From positions 134,106,001-134,170,000 of the forward strand of contig OZ024742.1 in assembly GCA_964016885.1 (NCBI GenBank): DNA of 64,000 bases. The letters are read 5' to 3'. Source of the DNA: Eledone cirrhosa (taxonomy: Eukaryota). This document shows positions 40,796 through 55,867 of the stretch, in pieces. Each line of letters begins with the position of its first letter. The first letter of the stretch is position 1. The notes under the pieces are model-generated. The model worked only from the letters and a program-made list of their open reading frames with translations. It made no database searches and was not told the origin of the DNA. The position numbers and the translations under genes are program-made.

Positions 40796-41608
40796 ACTGG
40801 AACGAACAATGAAACAAATCCAAATACCTATGTCTTTCTAAAGAGTTACCTCCCTCACACGCTACCTAATCCTTTTTTCTTATATAAATTAAATACCATC
40901 CATCCTTTCTCTCCCACCCTGAATTACCTCTCCTTGCATATTAACTCTCTAAAAAGGGAAATCATATCAAACGCTAGACTACCATTTGCCTCCATCATTT
41001 ATCAACTAAGCACTCTTGCTATATTAACACATTTTAATCTGCTTATATACAAGAACTATGCCTGTAAATAACATATTTTTTTTCTTTTACATTGCCTTAT
41101 TACGTTCCACATTAGGTCCCTTCTTTTTCTTTTTTTCTTTTCACTTCATAAACCTTGTTTGTAAATAACATTATTCTTTCTGCACCATTTCCTTAATATG
41201 TTCAACCCCACCATTTTACACCAATACATATTATTATCATTTGATAATGCATAAAAATGCTGAAACCAGTAATAGGCAATTATTAAATATATAAATAAAT
41301 AAATGCCATTGTTAATTAATAAATAAATTATCTAATACTTTAACACTTCACACAAAGTAAAATATTTCGTTTTAATCATTTTCTAACCCAGAAAAAAGAG
41401 AGAAAAATAAAAACGAAAAGAATAATTTTTTTCTTCCTAATAATCGTCTTTTTTCTCTCTGTTTTCACACATATATATATATATATATATATAAATATAA
41501 TTCAGCGAGAATCGTATTTCGGCTGGTAGAAAAACCAAAACGAAACGCAAGATCGTAGAAGTGCTGGCAAGCGCTCCAATAGTTAAGGAAACTAGAGCTA
41601 AACAATGT

Positions 41609-41693
<85 letters not shown>

Positions 41694-41859
41694 TGCGAGA
41701 AAAATCACAAAACATCCATCTCCAATCTACTTTTTAAAAGCATGAGGACTGTGAAACCGCTAAAGGAAACAAATAAATATTCGTAAAAAGACTCCAGTTG
41801 CATCTCTTTTCCTCGTACTTTCACTCGTGTAGGACATCTCGTTTTCTTTTTCATTTTGG

Positions 41860-41896
<37 letters not shown>

Positions 41897-42082
41897 GTTG
41901 TTATATAGTAAAGTGTATTATTAGTTGTTTAAAATGTTCCAGTCAATTTATTTTAGCAATATTAAGTTCTCCACGCTTTTGTATGTCTCCAATTCCATTC
42001 AAGGGAACAGCTAGATGATGTAAAACGGAGTATAAGTATCAAAATGAAAATCCGAAGGCAAGGTAAAATTCCAATCATTTAA

Positions 42083-42155
42083 TCACGACACATATTTCAA
42101 TAGGAGATAGATCGATTGTGAAGCCATATCGATAATCACAGATCTCATCAGGTGA
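42083..42155 (-). ncRNA. Type I hammerhead ribozyme in the PLE 3' repeat
   Basis: Minus: tcac CTGATGA gatc tgtga...tcaca atc gatc tatctcctatt GAAA tatgtg TC gtga. The core is deleted in the right arm. Confidence 0.72.
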
Positions 42156-43152
42156 AAATGAATTGTCTTCAAATTATTGATATGAGGGAGAAAAATAATG
42201 ATGTTCTCTCACAAAATTCATTCCTTGATATACAGACACACCAGTCAGAGAAATGGCGACTGCTATTAACTTCAGTTGAGGTCATAAAAGTTGTTAGATT
42301 TCTATCGCCGCAAAAGACGCTGGACATCAATCAAATCTGTAGGGATATAGTTAATGTGAGTGGGTACACACACACTCCACACCCCATACACCGGCTCGAA
42401 GTCAAAGAAAAAAAAAATATATATACACACATTAACACAGTATCAAATCTGTAGAATTGTAAGAGGTCACAGTTAGTGTGGGTGGGTACACACACACGCT
42501 CACACACACCGAAGCGATGTCAGAGAAAAAAAACAACAAATATAGGAAAACAAATATAAGAATGTACCAACACAACACTCATCGAAAGTTAGTTCACAAA
42601 ACAAAAGATACTACAATGGTCAAATCCCTATTGGACGATGTAAATTGGAAATATTGGGTTAATCAACGCCCCATACACACACACACACGCGCGCGCACAC
42701 ACAAGCAAGTAAGTTCAGTTCAGTGTTCTGCTATACGTGTATAGATCGAATTGTAACATCCATATCTTCAAGTGTATGTTATGGTATATACACATCCGAA
42801 TCGTTCAAAAAAGGATATGTCTGGGTATATACACATCCATGTGAAGAGCAAGCAATCAGCTCATATCGAACTCAGTATGTACCGCTGTCCCATTAGAGAA
42901 TCCGAGTCACCATATCCGTGCGTTCAAGCCACCGCAATGTAGGCCAACAAGGTGCTCCGTGTAGGGTTGGGTATTGGGTAAATGCGTCAGTAAGTGCGAT
43001 TTCCCGTCATATGGGCCAATGAACGTTTAAGATAGTCGTTTGAGTGGTGGAGGTGTTTTATCCAACAGAGAAGGTGAAGTAAAAAAACACAGGATAGTAA
43101 AATCCAGAGGATGTGTGTAGGCCCACTAATGGTGTGTAAGTATTATTGTTCA

Positions 43153-43341
43153 GGTGGATTGGCAGTATCGGTAGAGGGTCTGACGCTATGCTTTGCAGCA
43201 AAGAGTTACGCCCCTTTATGGTTTGAGTTCAAATCCCGCCGAGGTTAACTTTGCCTTTCATCCTTACGGGGTCGATAAAATAAAGTACCAGTAATGCACT
43301 GGATAATTGCTGGCCTTGTGCCAAAAGTAGAAACAATTATT
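43153..43341 (+). mobile_element. tRNA-derived SINE inserted into the PLE left arm, 11 bp TSD
   Basis: attattgttca at 43142-43152 and 43336-43346. Empty site in the right arm at ~45939-45950. Confidence 0.92.
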
Positions 43342-43646
43342 GTTCAATCTGTAACAGTGAGTCCTCCATGGTTAGGGTATCTTAAAGTAAAGGTAGGTGT
43401 GCGTAATCGGTCATGCATGAGTGTTCAATCAATTAGTAACAAGGTATTCTAAGTGTGTAATCAATCTAACTATTTACTACCTAGGTATTCTAAAAACAGT
43501 GCACTCAGCTGTGAGAACTCCGTGAAAACAGGCCGAGTATCGTTTGTAAGTGCGCAAACAATCTTAGCCGTCTAACTACCTGAGTGTGTGACTGTTTATT
43601 GAGAGAACTCTATGGCTAAAGTAGAGAGGGAGCCATTAGTGGTAGG

Positions 43647-45390
43647 TTACCTTCCAAAATTCCTGCGGAAGGTTTTCAAGATTCTATGTTGGCAGTTGCT
43701 GAAAAAATCAGATCTCCTATTAATTAATAGGGGGCCGCCTCTAATAATATTAAAGGTTTCAGCTATACATAAATTGCAGACGTCATTGCTGCCGTTATAA
43801 GGTGGGGGTTAAGCAAACTATGGACCAGGAAAAGGAGTGCTCTATATTCTGATATTTAAGCTTCCAGACTAATTCAGAAAGTGCCGTGATGTTTTTTTTA
43901 TCTAATCTATTAAAGGTATGGCGGTGATTATACCATCTATCCTTAAATTCTATGGCAGTTGCCCGAACATACCTAAAGGTTCTATCAGGAGTGGAGACCT
44001 TACAGTCGTAGACTATGTTATTGGTAAAGCATTTCCCAGCCATGGGGCAGGTGGCGGTGCTTATGTAGTTACATATTTTGCTATCGACCTGGGTAGTTCC
44101 AGATGGACCACGGTTCCTTAGGGGTCGGGTCTCAGTTCCTGTCTGCTCTATAGGTAAATTCCCTGGGGTTGGGGAGACCCGAATCGCCTCACGTGTATGA
44201 GTCAGTTCCTCCATAGAATTCCATCTTGGGCTGTCCTATATCTACTATAATTCATCTTAACTATATTCTGAGCTATGTTAATAGTTGTGGAGTAGGACAG
44301 CTTGATGGTATTCCTATTGAGTAAGTTATAATATCTGTGCAATCTAGGGAAGCATTTGTCTAATGCCCTAAAGGAAAGCTTAGCTATACTAGTGGTCAGG
44401 CCAGTGGAGTAAGGGGGGTTATACCACAGGACTTTTCTGGTACGAGGCCTCTTGTTCTTACTAACTATATTAGAGTTACTTGTCTCCCTAATAGTTACTG
44501 GTCTATTGCCACTGGAAAATGCCTGTGGGTCGATGGTGTCCTGGGGTGTCACGATTGTGTTCGGAATCGTCCCAAGTCTCCATGGCGGTGTACCCCCCGT
44601 GCAGCTATTGGGATTACCCTCGATAGCTGAGGTTATATCCACTAAGCGTCTGCTACACCTGTCCCTATTCCCCTTACTCGACCCTCGTTTCAAACTGCGT
44701 TCAACGGTAGTTTTATCGCTTCTACAATTAAGGTTACCATTAGAGTTTTCGCTGGTGTTACGTTGCTCAGACCCCGGGTTAGTACATGGGTGGTTGTTTC
44801 TATTGTTACCAACAGCATTGGAACTAGGCGGCAATACAACATGAAGTCTATATAAATCCTCCCTCGTATCACGCCTGCTGTTAACTAGAGTGTCACTATT
44901 TAGGCCTAAGCTATTGCAGGCAATGTTGCTTCTACTATTTAATGGAAGTTTGAATCAGATTCTCTCGCTATGCCCCGCGCGTTCCAGGGCGCTATTATAG
45001 TAATTCGAGATCTTATTAAATTTATCTTCATTAGAAGATTGTCCTGAAATTCTACTAGAGACGCTCTTGGTAATACCGTTAGTGACTATTCCAGGGTTGT
45101 TCGATTTTGCGTTGACATAGTTTAAATTCTCGTTGGGTTTGTGGTAGGGTTGGAGGGTCCTGAATTGAGGTTAAGTGTAACATCTAGAAAATTAACTATA
45201 TTTAAGTTCTCTTCAAATACTATACTTGGGTCTATGTTCTTGAAGAATTTACTTAGTTTTTTCCTCGCCCTCTCTACCATACTATTATTATGGAACAACA
45301 CAGTAAACAAAACGTCGTCACGGTAAGCGCCGCCTCCCAAGTGGGGCATTTCCACTCCGAGACAGTCAAGGAGGTAAAGGCCCACCTGAT
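43647..45390 (-). pseudogene. PLE RT (C-terminal half) + GIY-YIG endonuclease, frameshifted
   Basis: YRDD, NFLDVTLNL, WYNPPYS..LNRNTIKLSYS, CPMAGKC..NIVYDC..FKDRWYNH, CNLC..E. Confidence 0.92.
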
Positions 45391-47035
45391 TTTTTCAGCA
45401 ACGGCCAACATAGAACCCCGAAAACCTTCCGCAGGATTTTTGGAAGGTAACCTACCATTAACTTCTCCCTCTCTACTATAGCCATAGAGTTCTCTCAATA
45501 AACAGACAGTCACATACTCAGGTAGTTAGACAGGCTAAGATTGTTTGCTCACTTCAAACGATACTCAGCCTGTTTCCACGGAGTTCTCACAGCTGAGTGC
45601 ACTTTTTTAGAATAACTAGCTAGTAAATAGTTAGATTGATTACTCACTTAGAATATCTAGTTAGTAATTGATTGCACATTCAGGCATGACCGATTACGCA
45701 CACCTACCTTTACTTTAAGATACCCTAACTATTGAGTTCTCTCAGTTGGGATATAGCTAATCGTAATACACACTTAGTCAGAACCGATTACGCTCTCTAT
45801 ACATAACTCTACACACAGTACCCGTTTCCTTTAGACATTGAGCACCCACAATTACGACCGTCACGTTCCTACCGACTGAACTCTATACCAGGTTTTGGTC
45901 CGTGATCATCTAACCATGGAGGACTCACTGTTACGGATTGAACAATAATACTTACACACCATTAGTGGGCCTACACACATCCTCTGGATTTTACTATCCT
46001 GTGTTTTTTTACTTCACCATCTGTGTTCGATAAAACACCTCCACCACTCAAACAACTATCTTAAAAGTTCATTGGCACAGATGACGGGAAATCGCACTTA
46101 CTGACGCATTTACCCAATACCCAACCCTACACGGAGCACCTTGCTGGCCTACATTGCGGTTGCTTGCACGTACGGATTTGGTGACTCGGATTCTCAATGG
46201 GACAGCGGTACATACTGAGTTCGATATGAGCTGATTGCTTTCTCTTCACATGGATGTGTATATACCCAGACATACCCTTTTTTGGACGTATCGGATATGT
46301 ATATACCATAACATACACTTGAAGATATGGATGTTACAATTCAATCTATACACGTATAGCAGAACACTGAACTGAACTTACTTGCTTGTGTGTGTGTGTG
46401 TATGGGGCGTTGGTTAACCCAAATTTTCCAATTTACATCGTCAAATTGAGATTTGACCAGTGTAGCAGCTGTTGATTTGTGAACTAACTTTCGGTGAATG
46501 CTGTGTTGGTACATTATTATATTTGTTTTCTTATATTTGTTTTTTTCTTCTCTGACATCGCTTCGGTGTGTGTGAGAGTGTGTGTGTACCCACCCACACT
46601 AATTGTGACCTTTATAATTCTACAGGTTTGATACTGTGTTGATGTGTGTATATATATGTATATATTGTTTTCTTTGACATTGAACCGGTGTGTGTGGTGT
46701 GGAGTGTGTGTGTACCCACTCACATTCACTATATCCCTACAGATTTGATTGATATCCAGCGTCTTTTGCAGCGATAGAAATCTGACAACTTTTTATGACC
46801 TCAACTGAAGTTAATAGCAGTCGCCGTGTTTCTGACTAGTGTGTCGTCATATGAGGGAATGAATTTTGTGAGAGAACATCGTTATTTTTCTCCCTCATAT
46901 CAAGAAATCGATCAACAAATCGATCTATCACTTATTGAAATCGATCTATCACTTATTGAAACATGTGTCGTGATTAAATGATTGGAATTTTACCTTGCCT
47001 TCGGATTTTCATTTTGATATATATACACATATATA

Positions 47036-47470
47036 TATATATGAATGTATATACAGTGTATTTTACAATACACTGTATGCTTAATTAAAAGCATTTCGAA
47101 GACCTTATGCTATTGTTTTAGAGTAGTGACAGACTCACCTACTTTACATTTTCAGCAAACAGGGGAGATAAAGCTGACAGAGCTATGTTTCGTACTGATT
47201 GGTACTTATCAAAGCCAAGTTCTCCACCTGTTTGCTGAAATGTTTGATTCTTATAGAATTTCTAGTAATAATCAGGAATTGATTATACAGAGCGGTTGCC
47301 GATCAAGCAGAAATTGAAAATTATAATTGGCGCTCTGAAATAGCTATATATGTATGAATGTATATACAGTGTATTTTGCAATATACTGTATGCTTAATTA
47401 AAAGCATTTCGAAGACCTTATGCTATTGTTTTAGAGTAGTGACAGACTCTCTTACTTTAAATTTTCAGCT
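47036..47470 (+). repeat. ~120 bp direct repeats (period 313 bp) enclosing a hammerhead remnant
   Basis: atgaatgtatatacagtg...attttcagc at 47041 and 47354. Between them: ttgatta tac agagcg...cgctct GAAA tagcta TA. Confidence 0.7.
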
Positions 47471-47855
47471 GATGTATATATATCAAAATGAAAATCCGAA
47501 GGCAAGGTAAAATTCCAATCATTTAATCACGACACATGTTTCAATAAGTGATATATCGATTTTAAGCATTATATTATAACTGTTATGCAGTACACCTGAT
47601 GATGTCCCTGGAATTCTACTGGCCATTGAAGTGTCTGCAAAATTAATAACATTAATGGAATATTAACCTTCCAGCTGCTTGTCTCTTTATTCAACAATAA
47701 TATTTAACTTTATTCACGCACCACCAACAGAATCTTACATCAAAATAGTTGAGCTCCGTACGTTGAGTGCTTTACTAACTAATGCTTCATTATTATCTAT
47801 ACGGAATGAAGAGTTCTATCCAGTGTTGAATAACAAACATGAATGCATATATATG

Positions 47856-48650
<795 letters not shown>

Positions 48651-48804
48651 ATAGATATATATATTATGTTTAGACAACATAACGTGTGTATAAGATACAG
48701 GCGTCCTGTCGAATATATGACAGTATTTAGCTCAATGCTTGAAAGCAGAGCCTTTATATGGAACAAAAACAAAAAGCGCTTACATCATCAACTAATCTTT
48801 ATTT

Positions 48805-48849
48805 GCTGACAGTGTTTCGTCCATGCATAATTGCAGGACTCATCAGAGC
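48805..48849 (-). ncRNA. Canonical type I hammerhead ribozyme
   Basis: Minus: gct CTGATGA gtcc tgca atta tgca t ggac GAAA cactg TC agc. GUC cleavage triplet, AATAAA just downstream. Confidence 0.9.
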
Positions 48850-49533
48850 GTTATAAAGAGGAAATAAGATCAATAGTATAAACTCTACCGACCTATATCA
48901 CAAGAACGATCCATATGTAGCACAGAGGATATAGACGAGTGGGGTGCTTGGACGACGCGTCACCGCTAGAAGCCGATACATATTAAGACCAAAATCAGTT
49001 ACAATAATTAAAGATAAGGAAAAATAAAAGATAAGGAAATAAAAGATAAGGAAATTAAAGATAAGAGATAAAACTAGAAGTAAGGATAAAATAAACATAA
49101 CAATAAAGTGATGATAATATAAGGAAATATAAAAAAAATAATAACAAATAATAAAAATTAAAATAAACATTAGAATAAAAATAGGAGGTGATGAAAATAA
49201 AAATAAAAATGAAACAAAAAAGATAACACATTATATAAGCAATGCAAATAGATGCAAGTAAATATGGTTGTACACAGTAGAGGGTTCCAGACGTGACAGT
49301 TTAAGAATGGTATCAAACAAAGTGAATGTAAGCAGAGTCAGATATAGCGGGAGCCAGATGAAGCGATCATATAATGGAACTCCATGTATCCATCCCAGTA
49401 TGGCAACAAGTGTTATAGGTGGCGTTCAAATGCAATTTATCTGTGTGGTTCACAGAACATACATGTCGCTAAAGCAAAGTGTAGTGGAAGCAGGTGAAAG
49501 CAATCATCATATATATCAGTTAACATAACTTTT

Positions 49534-49577
<44 letters not shown>

Positions 49578-49652
49578 TTCTGTGTGTGTGTGCGTGTGTG
49601 TGTGTAAGTCTACATAGACCCACGCACACACGCACACACACACATATATATA

Positions 49653-52600
49653 TGGTAGCTACCAACTCGTTTTCGAGTACGGCCACTACTTTATATCTAT
49701 GTGGGAGAACTCCTACCGATGCGCTGAACGAGTGTGGTATTTTAGTCCAGCCAGCGACTTGAAACCTCTGGTACAAACACTACACTTGTGACAATTATTG
49801 ACACCTAGTGCTGGGCCCATGGTACCATGTGACCCAAGGTGTCGTGTGAGATCACTACTCGACCTGCATACCCTTCCACAAACATTACTTGTCGTCGTCT
49901 GTTGAAAACTTATAGCACCACAGGTGCCCGCTTCCCAGTTCTTGTGCACTCTCACGTGACACTTTAGACCTGTCATGCTCAGAGAAACCCTATTACAGGT
50001 CTCACATGTCAGGTCAGGCCGTCTGTCAGTGCTGTCGGGAAGGCCAACATGGATTCCTTTCCGGACATCTCTTTTTGGTGTCGCGTGCCTTCTTGTTTCC
50101 TCAAATAGACTCTTGCCACTAGCCACTGCTTTCCTCCAATGCGATCGGTCACTAGTGCATGCTTCCCAGTTCTCACAAAGGATGTTACTTTTCTTGAGCA
50201 CCCCCTTGATGCAGTCCTTAAAACGCATCTTGAGTTTGCTCGCGTTCCTTTTTCAGATTTGGAGATCGCCATAAAGCAGCTACTTCAGCATTCGCTTGTC
50301 ATTCCTCCTTACAAGATGTCCTGTCCAGCGCAGCTGATATTTCGAAATCAAGGACTCGACACTATCACAGGCACTTCTGTCCAGAACCTCGACGTCACTG
50401 ACAAACATTTGCCAAGTTATGCCGAGGATCCGACGTAATCTGTACTGGTGGAACCTCCGAAATCGCTTCATCTGTCTACGGTAGACCACCCATGTCTCAC
50501 ACGCATAAAAAAGTGCCGCGAGCACACACGCATGATACACTTTGAGCTTTGTCTTTACCGAAATTCCGTGTTGAGAGCAGAGACACTTGTTCAGTTTTCC
50601 AAAAGTATCACTGGCTTTCTGTATCCTGTTTGATATTTTCCATCAAGATCGCAGGACATACTCAGAGCGCTTCCAAGATATACAAAACTGCCAACGACCC
50701 TTAGCCTTTCACCATAAACCAAGATGTTGGGCTCACAACATGGCTTCCCAGGGGCTGCGTGGTACATGGTTACCGTCTTTTTCAGGCTTATGGTAAGTCC
50801 CAATGCAGTACACGCATTAGAAAATGCATCCATGATATGCTGCATATCAATCTCCGTGTGCGCTACCAGGTCACAGTCATCTGCATAAAGCAGATCCCTG
50901 ATTAGTGACAAGTGAACATTTGACTTAGCATTGAATGTCCTGATATTAAACAGCTTTCCGATAGCGAATATATATACCATGATTGCTGTTCCCGAAGGCC
51001 TGTTCGAAGACAATGGAGAAGTACAAAGCAAAGAGCATTGGAGCTGGAATGACATCCTGTTTGACTCCATTCTCGACCGTCACCAGCTCAGAGAGCTTTC
51101 CACCAACATTTACCCATGCCTTCATGTCATCATGAAACAAACGCAAAATGGAAACAAACTTCTCAGGGCACCCCAGCTTCTTCAATATATCCCATAAAGC
51201 CTTTCTGTTGACCATGTCAAACGTCTTTGTCAGATCAACAAACACCTGGTAGAGATCCACATTCTGCTCAACACACTTTTACTGCAGTTGCCTGGCTGTA
51301 AAGATCATGTCCACAGTGCCACGCCCAGCCCGAAAGCTCGATTGCGACTCTGGTAGAGCTTCATCAGCAATCTGGAACAATAAACGGTCCAACAGAATTC
51401 TACAGAGAACTTTGCCGACAACAGACAACAGAGATATCCCACGATAGTTTCCGCAGTTATCCCTGTCTCCCTTTCCCTTGTACAAAACAACCATCACAGC
51501 ATCCTTCCAGTCATTGGGATGGGAACATGATTGTTGTTCCAGGCATCCAGAACCAAAGAACGAAGTCGGTGCAAGAGATTCTCTCCACCGTGCTTCAAGA
51601 TCTCAATATACAGCCCGTCCAATCCAGGCAACTTCCCTACCATTCAGTTTCCAGACATCACTTTTAACCTCCTTGATAGTTGGAGGCTCAGCAAGGATTT
51701 CCTTTACTGGCTTATTTCCTTTACTCTTCGTCAACCTCTGAATCCCTATTGAGAATCTCGTCAAAGTGATCTCGCCATCTCAACAGGATATCATTGGGAT
51801 TTCTAAGGAGCTGATTGCCATCCTTTGTCATAAGAGGCGCAACTGGTGATGTAGGTCGTCCATACATTGCCTTAACGTCCTTCACATCCGACGCAAGTTT
51901 TATTTCATAGGCTTTGTCATTCCACCTCTTATTCTTCATTTCACGCAATTTTCGTTGCACATCAGCTTTTACGAGCTTCAGCTTATCAGCGATTGCCTTC
52001 TGCCGATCGTTGCTTAAATCACTACCAAGCAGTGCGGAGTGGAGCATATGTTTCTCCTCCAAAAGCTTGTCTATAAGTTTGTCATGTTGGTCAAACCGAT
52101 CCTGATGCTTCTTATCCGCGAATCCAACAATATCAGCACATTCCCCATAAACTGTCTCCTTAAAGGAAGTCCAGTCATTTCCGCACTCTTACGCATCCAT
52201 CTTTCTAACCAGTTTTTCTCTGACTTCAGGATCCTTCAGACGGGCAACGTTAAGCCGTTTGGGAAGTGATACCCCTCGCCGTTTCTCCCTTTTACGAACT
52301 ACACATCTTGCTCTTGCTCTCACAAGACGATGGTCGGTCTAACACTCTTCCCCAGGCATCACACGAACACTGCACAGATCCTATACATCCCGCCGCCTCA
52401 CAAGGAGATAATCAATCAGGTGCAGTGTTCTATTCAGGATGCATCCATGTTGTCTTGTATCTGTCCTTCTGTTGGAACATAGTGGACCCAATGAACAAGT
52501 TCAGCTCAGTGCACATTTGCAATAACAAGAGTATATTGCCATTGCACTTTCCGACCCCATGCTTACCCAGAGCTCTCTAGGTCTCACAATCACGGCCCAC

Positions 52601-53790
52601 GCGAGCATTAACATCTCCAAGAATGAAAATGTTGTCTGCTGCAGGCACTTTCCAGACAAAAAACCTTAAATCGTCATAAAAAGCCAGCTTTGCTTCATCA
52701 ATGCATTCCATAGTTGGTGCATAAGAACCAATCACGGTTGCACATCTTCCACCCTCTAGAGGAACTCTCACAGTGATCAGTCTGTCACTAACGCCTGTCG
52801 GCAGCTCCTGTAGATGGTCTGTTATAACTGTTTTTATGGCAATAGCGACACCAGCTCACCCGCCCTCGGAAAAACGTATATCCACCGGATGTCTCTGTGA
52901 AATGGCCCTCACCCTGAAATCGAGTTTCTGAGAGGGTCACAACATCCATATCCTAACGCCTGAGCTCCTTAGCAACCGATGCCGATCTTCTTTCAGGTCG
53001 ATGGATATTTTGTTTGAATATCAAGCAAAGTACGCACATTCCAGCACCCATCATTGAGTTGTTTGCACACAGTAGACTGATGATGACCAAGCCCAGACTG
53101 CGGCACTCTGGGACACCTGCCCGGCCAGACCCTTTCACATGATGCTGATCCAGAGCCCTTATTGCCATTTACTTCAATTGTGTTAGGTACCTTCATTGTA
53201 ATGTAGTTTGCCTTTTTAGGCTACGGCCAGCCACAGTTCCACATCAAGATGAAAAGTGCAGAGAGATCTCCAGATTTAAACCATACCTGTGACGTGAAGC
53301 TTTTATAGTGAGCAAAGGCACTGCACAAAGCCAGATCCACTCTCTTAACCAATATAATATTTACCAAAAAGAAGAACAAATCAACATCATTGGATACTAT
53401 CAGAGTTGCAGGTGTTATATCAGAGTTTTCCCTCTCCTAGAATTCTGCATTGACTAGGCTAAGGGGTCATCGCTCCCGGTGAAGTTGGATGGCCATTGAC
53501 TCTTAAGAGCTCATTTGCCCTTTGAGAGGTTTTGATTTTAGTCCTAAAGTCACCCTCCTGACCAAGAAACCTTGGTGGGGTTGTCAGTTTAGTCGCCAAC
53601 GACCCGACCATAGCACAGGTTGTACTGAGAATACATACTTAGATGTATCTACGGGTTGCACTCGTCCGTGTTTTTCCTTACGATTACAATATCATCTACT
53701 CCAGTCTCATGCCGTGATCAATACCTCCGCATCATAGCTGTGGGGCTATGAAGCCATGCAATCCTAAGTTTCCCAGCATACCACGTGGTG
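49653..53790 (-). mobile_element. Full-length but decayed RTE-clade LINE (APE + RT + C-terminal C2H2 fingers)
   Basis: WNVRTLLD, RPERRSA, YAPT, LGDVNARVG, NYRGISLLS, FVDLTKTFD, GVKQ, LLYADD, QLRWTGH, three CxxC..H..H-like motifs. Many frameshifts. Microsatellite tail. Confidence 0.95.
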
Positions 53791-54390
53791 TAACGAATGA
53801 CTTAAATTCTCCATGTCATATAGGTATATTTAATCTGTTATTTTAATAAATATTTGCTCTACGGTTCTTATATATTTGATATATATTTTCCTTATCGAGC
53901 CCTCTTTGGATTTTAGTCTTCAATTTTATTATTATTACTATATATATATATATATATATACATACTCACACACACAGTGTATATAAAGATGTGTGTGTGT
54001 GTGTGTGTTTGTGCGTATACATATATAAATAAGTTTCAATAAAGTAGATTTAGTAACAACATTACAGCAAACCATGCAAATATCGAAGGGGACATCCTAT
54101 TAAGAAACCCGATTTTTCTACAATAGCTTTCATTCCGATAACTTTGTTTGCTTTTATTGATTTCTAATGAGAATCTATATTATAAAAGTCAAGCTGATCA
54201 CCGTCTGTCTGTTCGACACAATATATAGGTAGTAGGGAGAAAAGTAGGAATAAAAAAGGGAGACAATTACTGTCACAACAGGGAATAAGGGAAAGCGAAA
54301 ATGTTACAGGTGCTGAGAGAGAGAAACGTATTGAGAGAGCGAAAGAGTGCCTCTGTGAGAGTTGTATATAATTTAAAATGTAATTTAAAA

Positions 54391-54580
54391 TTAATAGTTT
54401 CTACTCTTGGCACAAGGCTAGCAAATACCCGGTCAATTACTGGTACTTTATTTTATAGAACTCCTAAGGATGAAAGGCAAGTTATTCTAGTAGGGATTTG
54501 AACTCATAATGGCATGGGTCGTAACTCTATGCGTCAGAGTATGGCGTCCGTCCCTCGACCGATACTGCCAATCCACCGCC
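54391..54580 (-). mobile_element. tRNA-derived SINE, diverged copy
   Basis: Reverse complement of the 15572 family (ggcggtggattggcagtatcgg...gagttcaaatccc...aaaataaagtaccag). Confidence 0.82.
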
Positions 54581-54776
54581 CACGTAATTAAAAAATAGTG
54601 TGACCTCATGATAAAATTTGATATATTTCAATATCTTTCTTTGAATTTTACAAAGATGCGTCAATGTTTTGTACACATTAAACATTATTATAAAATATGT
54701 GTGTTTGTGTGTGCACATATATACAAGGTAAAACAGACTTAAAATAGTTCGACACTTCTCCTTCAAAATTATATAA

Positions 54777-54815
<39 letters not shown>

Positions 54816-54855
54816 GATATTAAATAAATGGAAACTATATTTATAAAACCATATC

Positions 54856-54921
54856 TATTTCATTATATATATTTCAGGGATATCATATTAACAATATGTT
54901 ATGCCTTCCTCAGACAAAATA
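54856..54921 (-). ncRNA. Type I hammerhead ribozyme (3' pLTR)
   Basis: Minus: tattttgt CTGAGGA agg cataa catatt gtt aatatg atatc cct GAAA tatata TA atgaaata. Confidence 0.8.
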
Positions 54922-55771
54922 CAATATAGACAGTTTTATAGATAAATAGATTTGACATACCGTTCAACATCGACTTGTATTTGAAAAAGTTGATTTGGCA
55001 GTGAAAAATTGTAAACAGAAAGAAAGAAAGAAAGAAAGAAGGAAAGAAAGAAAGAAAACGAAGAAAAAGAAGAAAAAGAAGAAATGCATGCAACAAAATA
55101 GAGAGATGGAAAGATAGATAAAGAGAAGAACTTCATGTAAAGAAACAGAGAGAGATATATATAGAGAGAGGAAATAGATAGAGATAGATATATATAGAGA
55201 AAAGTAGGTAGTTGAACATCCGTTGAATGAACGTATCAATGATACATTTATTTATTTATTTATTTATTTAGCTCTAGTATTAATGTAAGGGAGATATATG
55301 TGGTTAGGAAAGAAACCAGCCGTTATATAGAGAGAAAAATGAAAAGTAACCAGACATAGGCGAGGCAGAATTTAAAAACCCTATGTTTTAATGTAGAAAT
55401 ATTAGTTCGTATAAAAACCAGGCACTATAATGTCAATATCAGTATTCCTGAATGAGACACGTATCCATAATGTGTGAAAAGTAATGATCTTATGTCTAGT
55501 TTTAAAAATTCATATGTTTATATGATAACTACAAACATCGATGTGAATTTACGTGATCAACTCTGCAAACCCCTATTTCACACGGAGAACATTCTCATTG
55601 TGCTATAAAAATTTAAGTATACATATATGTGTATATATACACATATATATAGAGTCTATATTAATTTTAACAATACTATTCTTGTCTTTACTCTACATGA
55701 TTATCTATCAAGCAGAAATAGAGAACAGATTTCAATATATTAATAAAAAATATCAGAAACAAAAACAAAAA

Positions 55772-55867
<96 letters not shown>

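Larger units (their letters stand above)
42040..47022 (-). mobile_element. 5'-truncated Penelope-like element with ~1.65 kb inverted terminal repeats
   Basis: 42040-43712 is the diverged reverse complement of 45386-47022. The arms enclose RT and GIY-YIG coding remnants. Confidence 0.92.
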
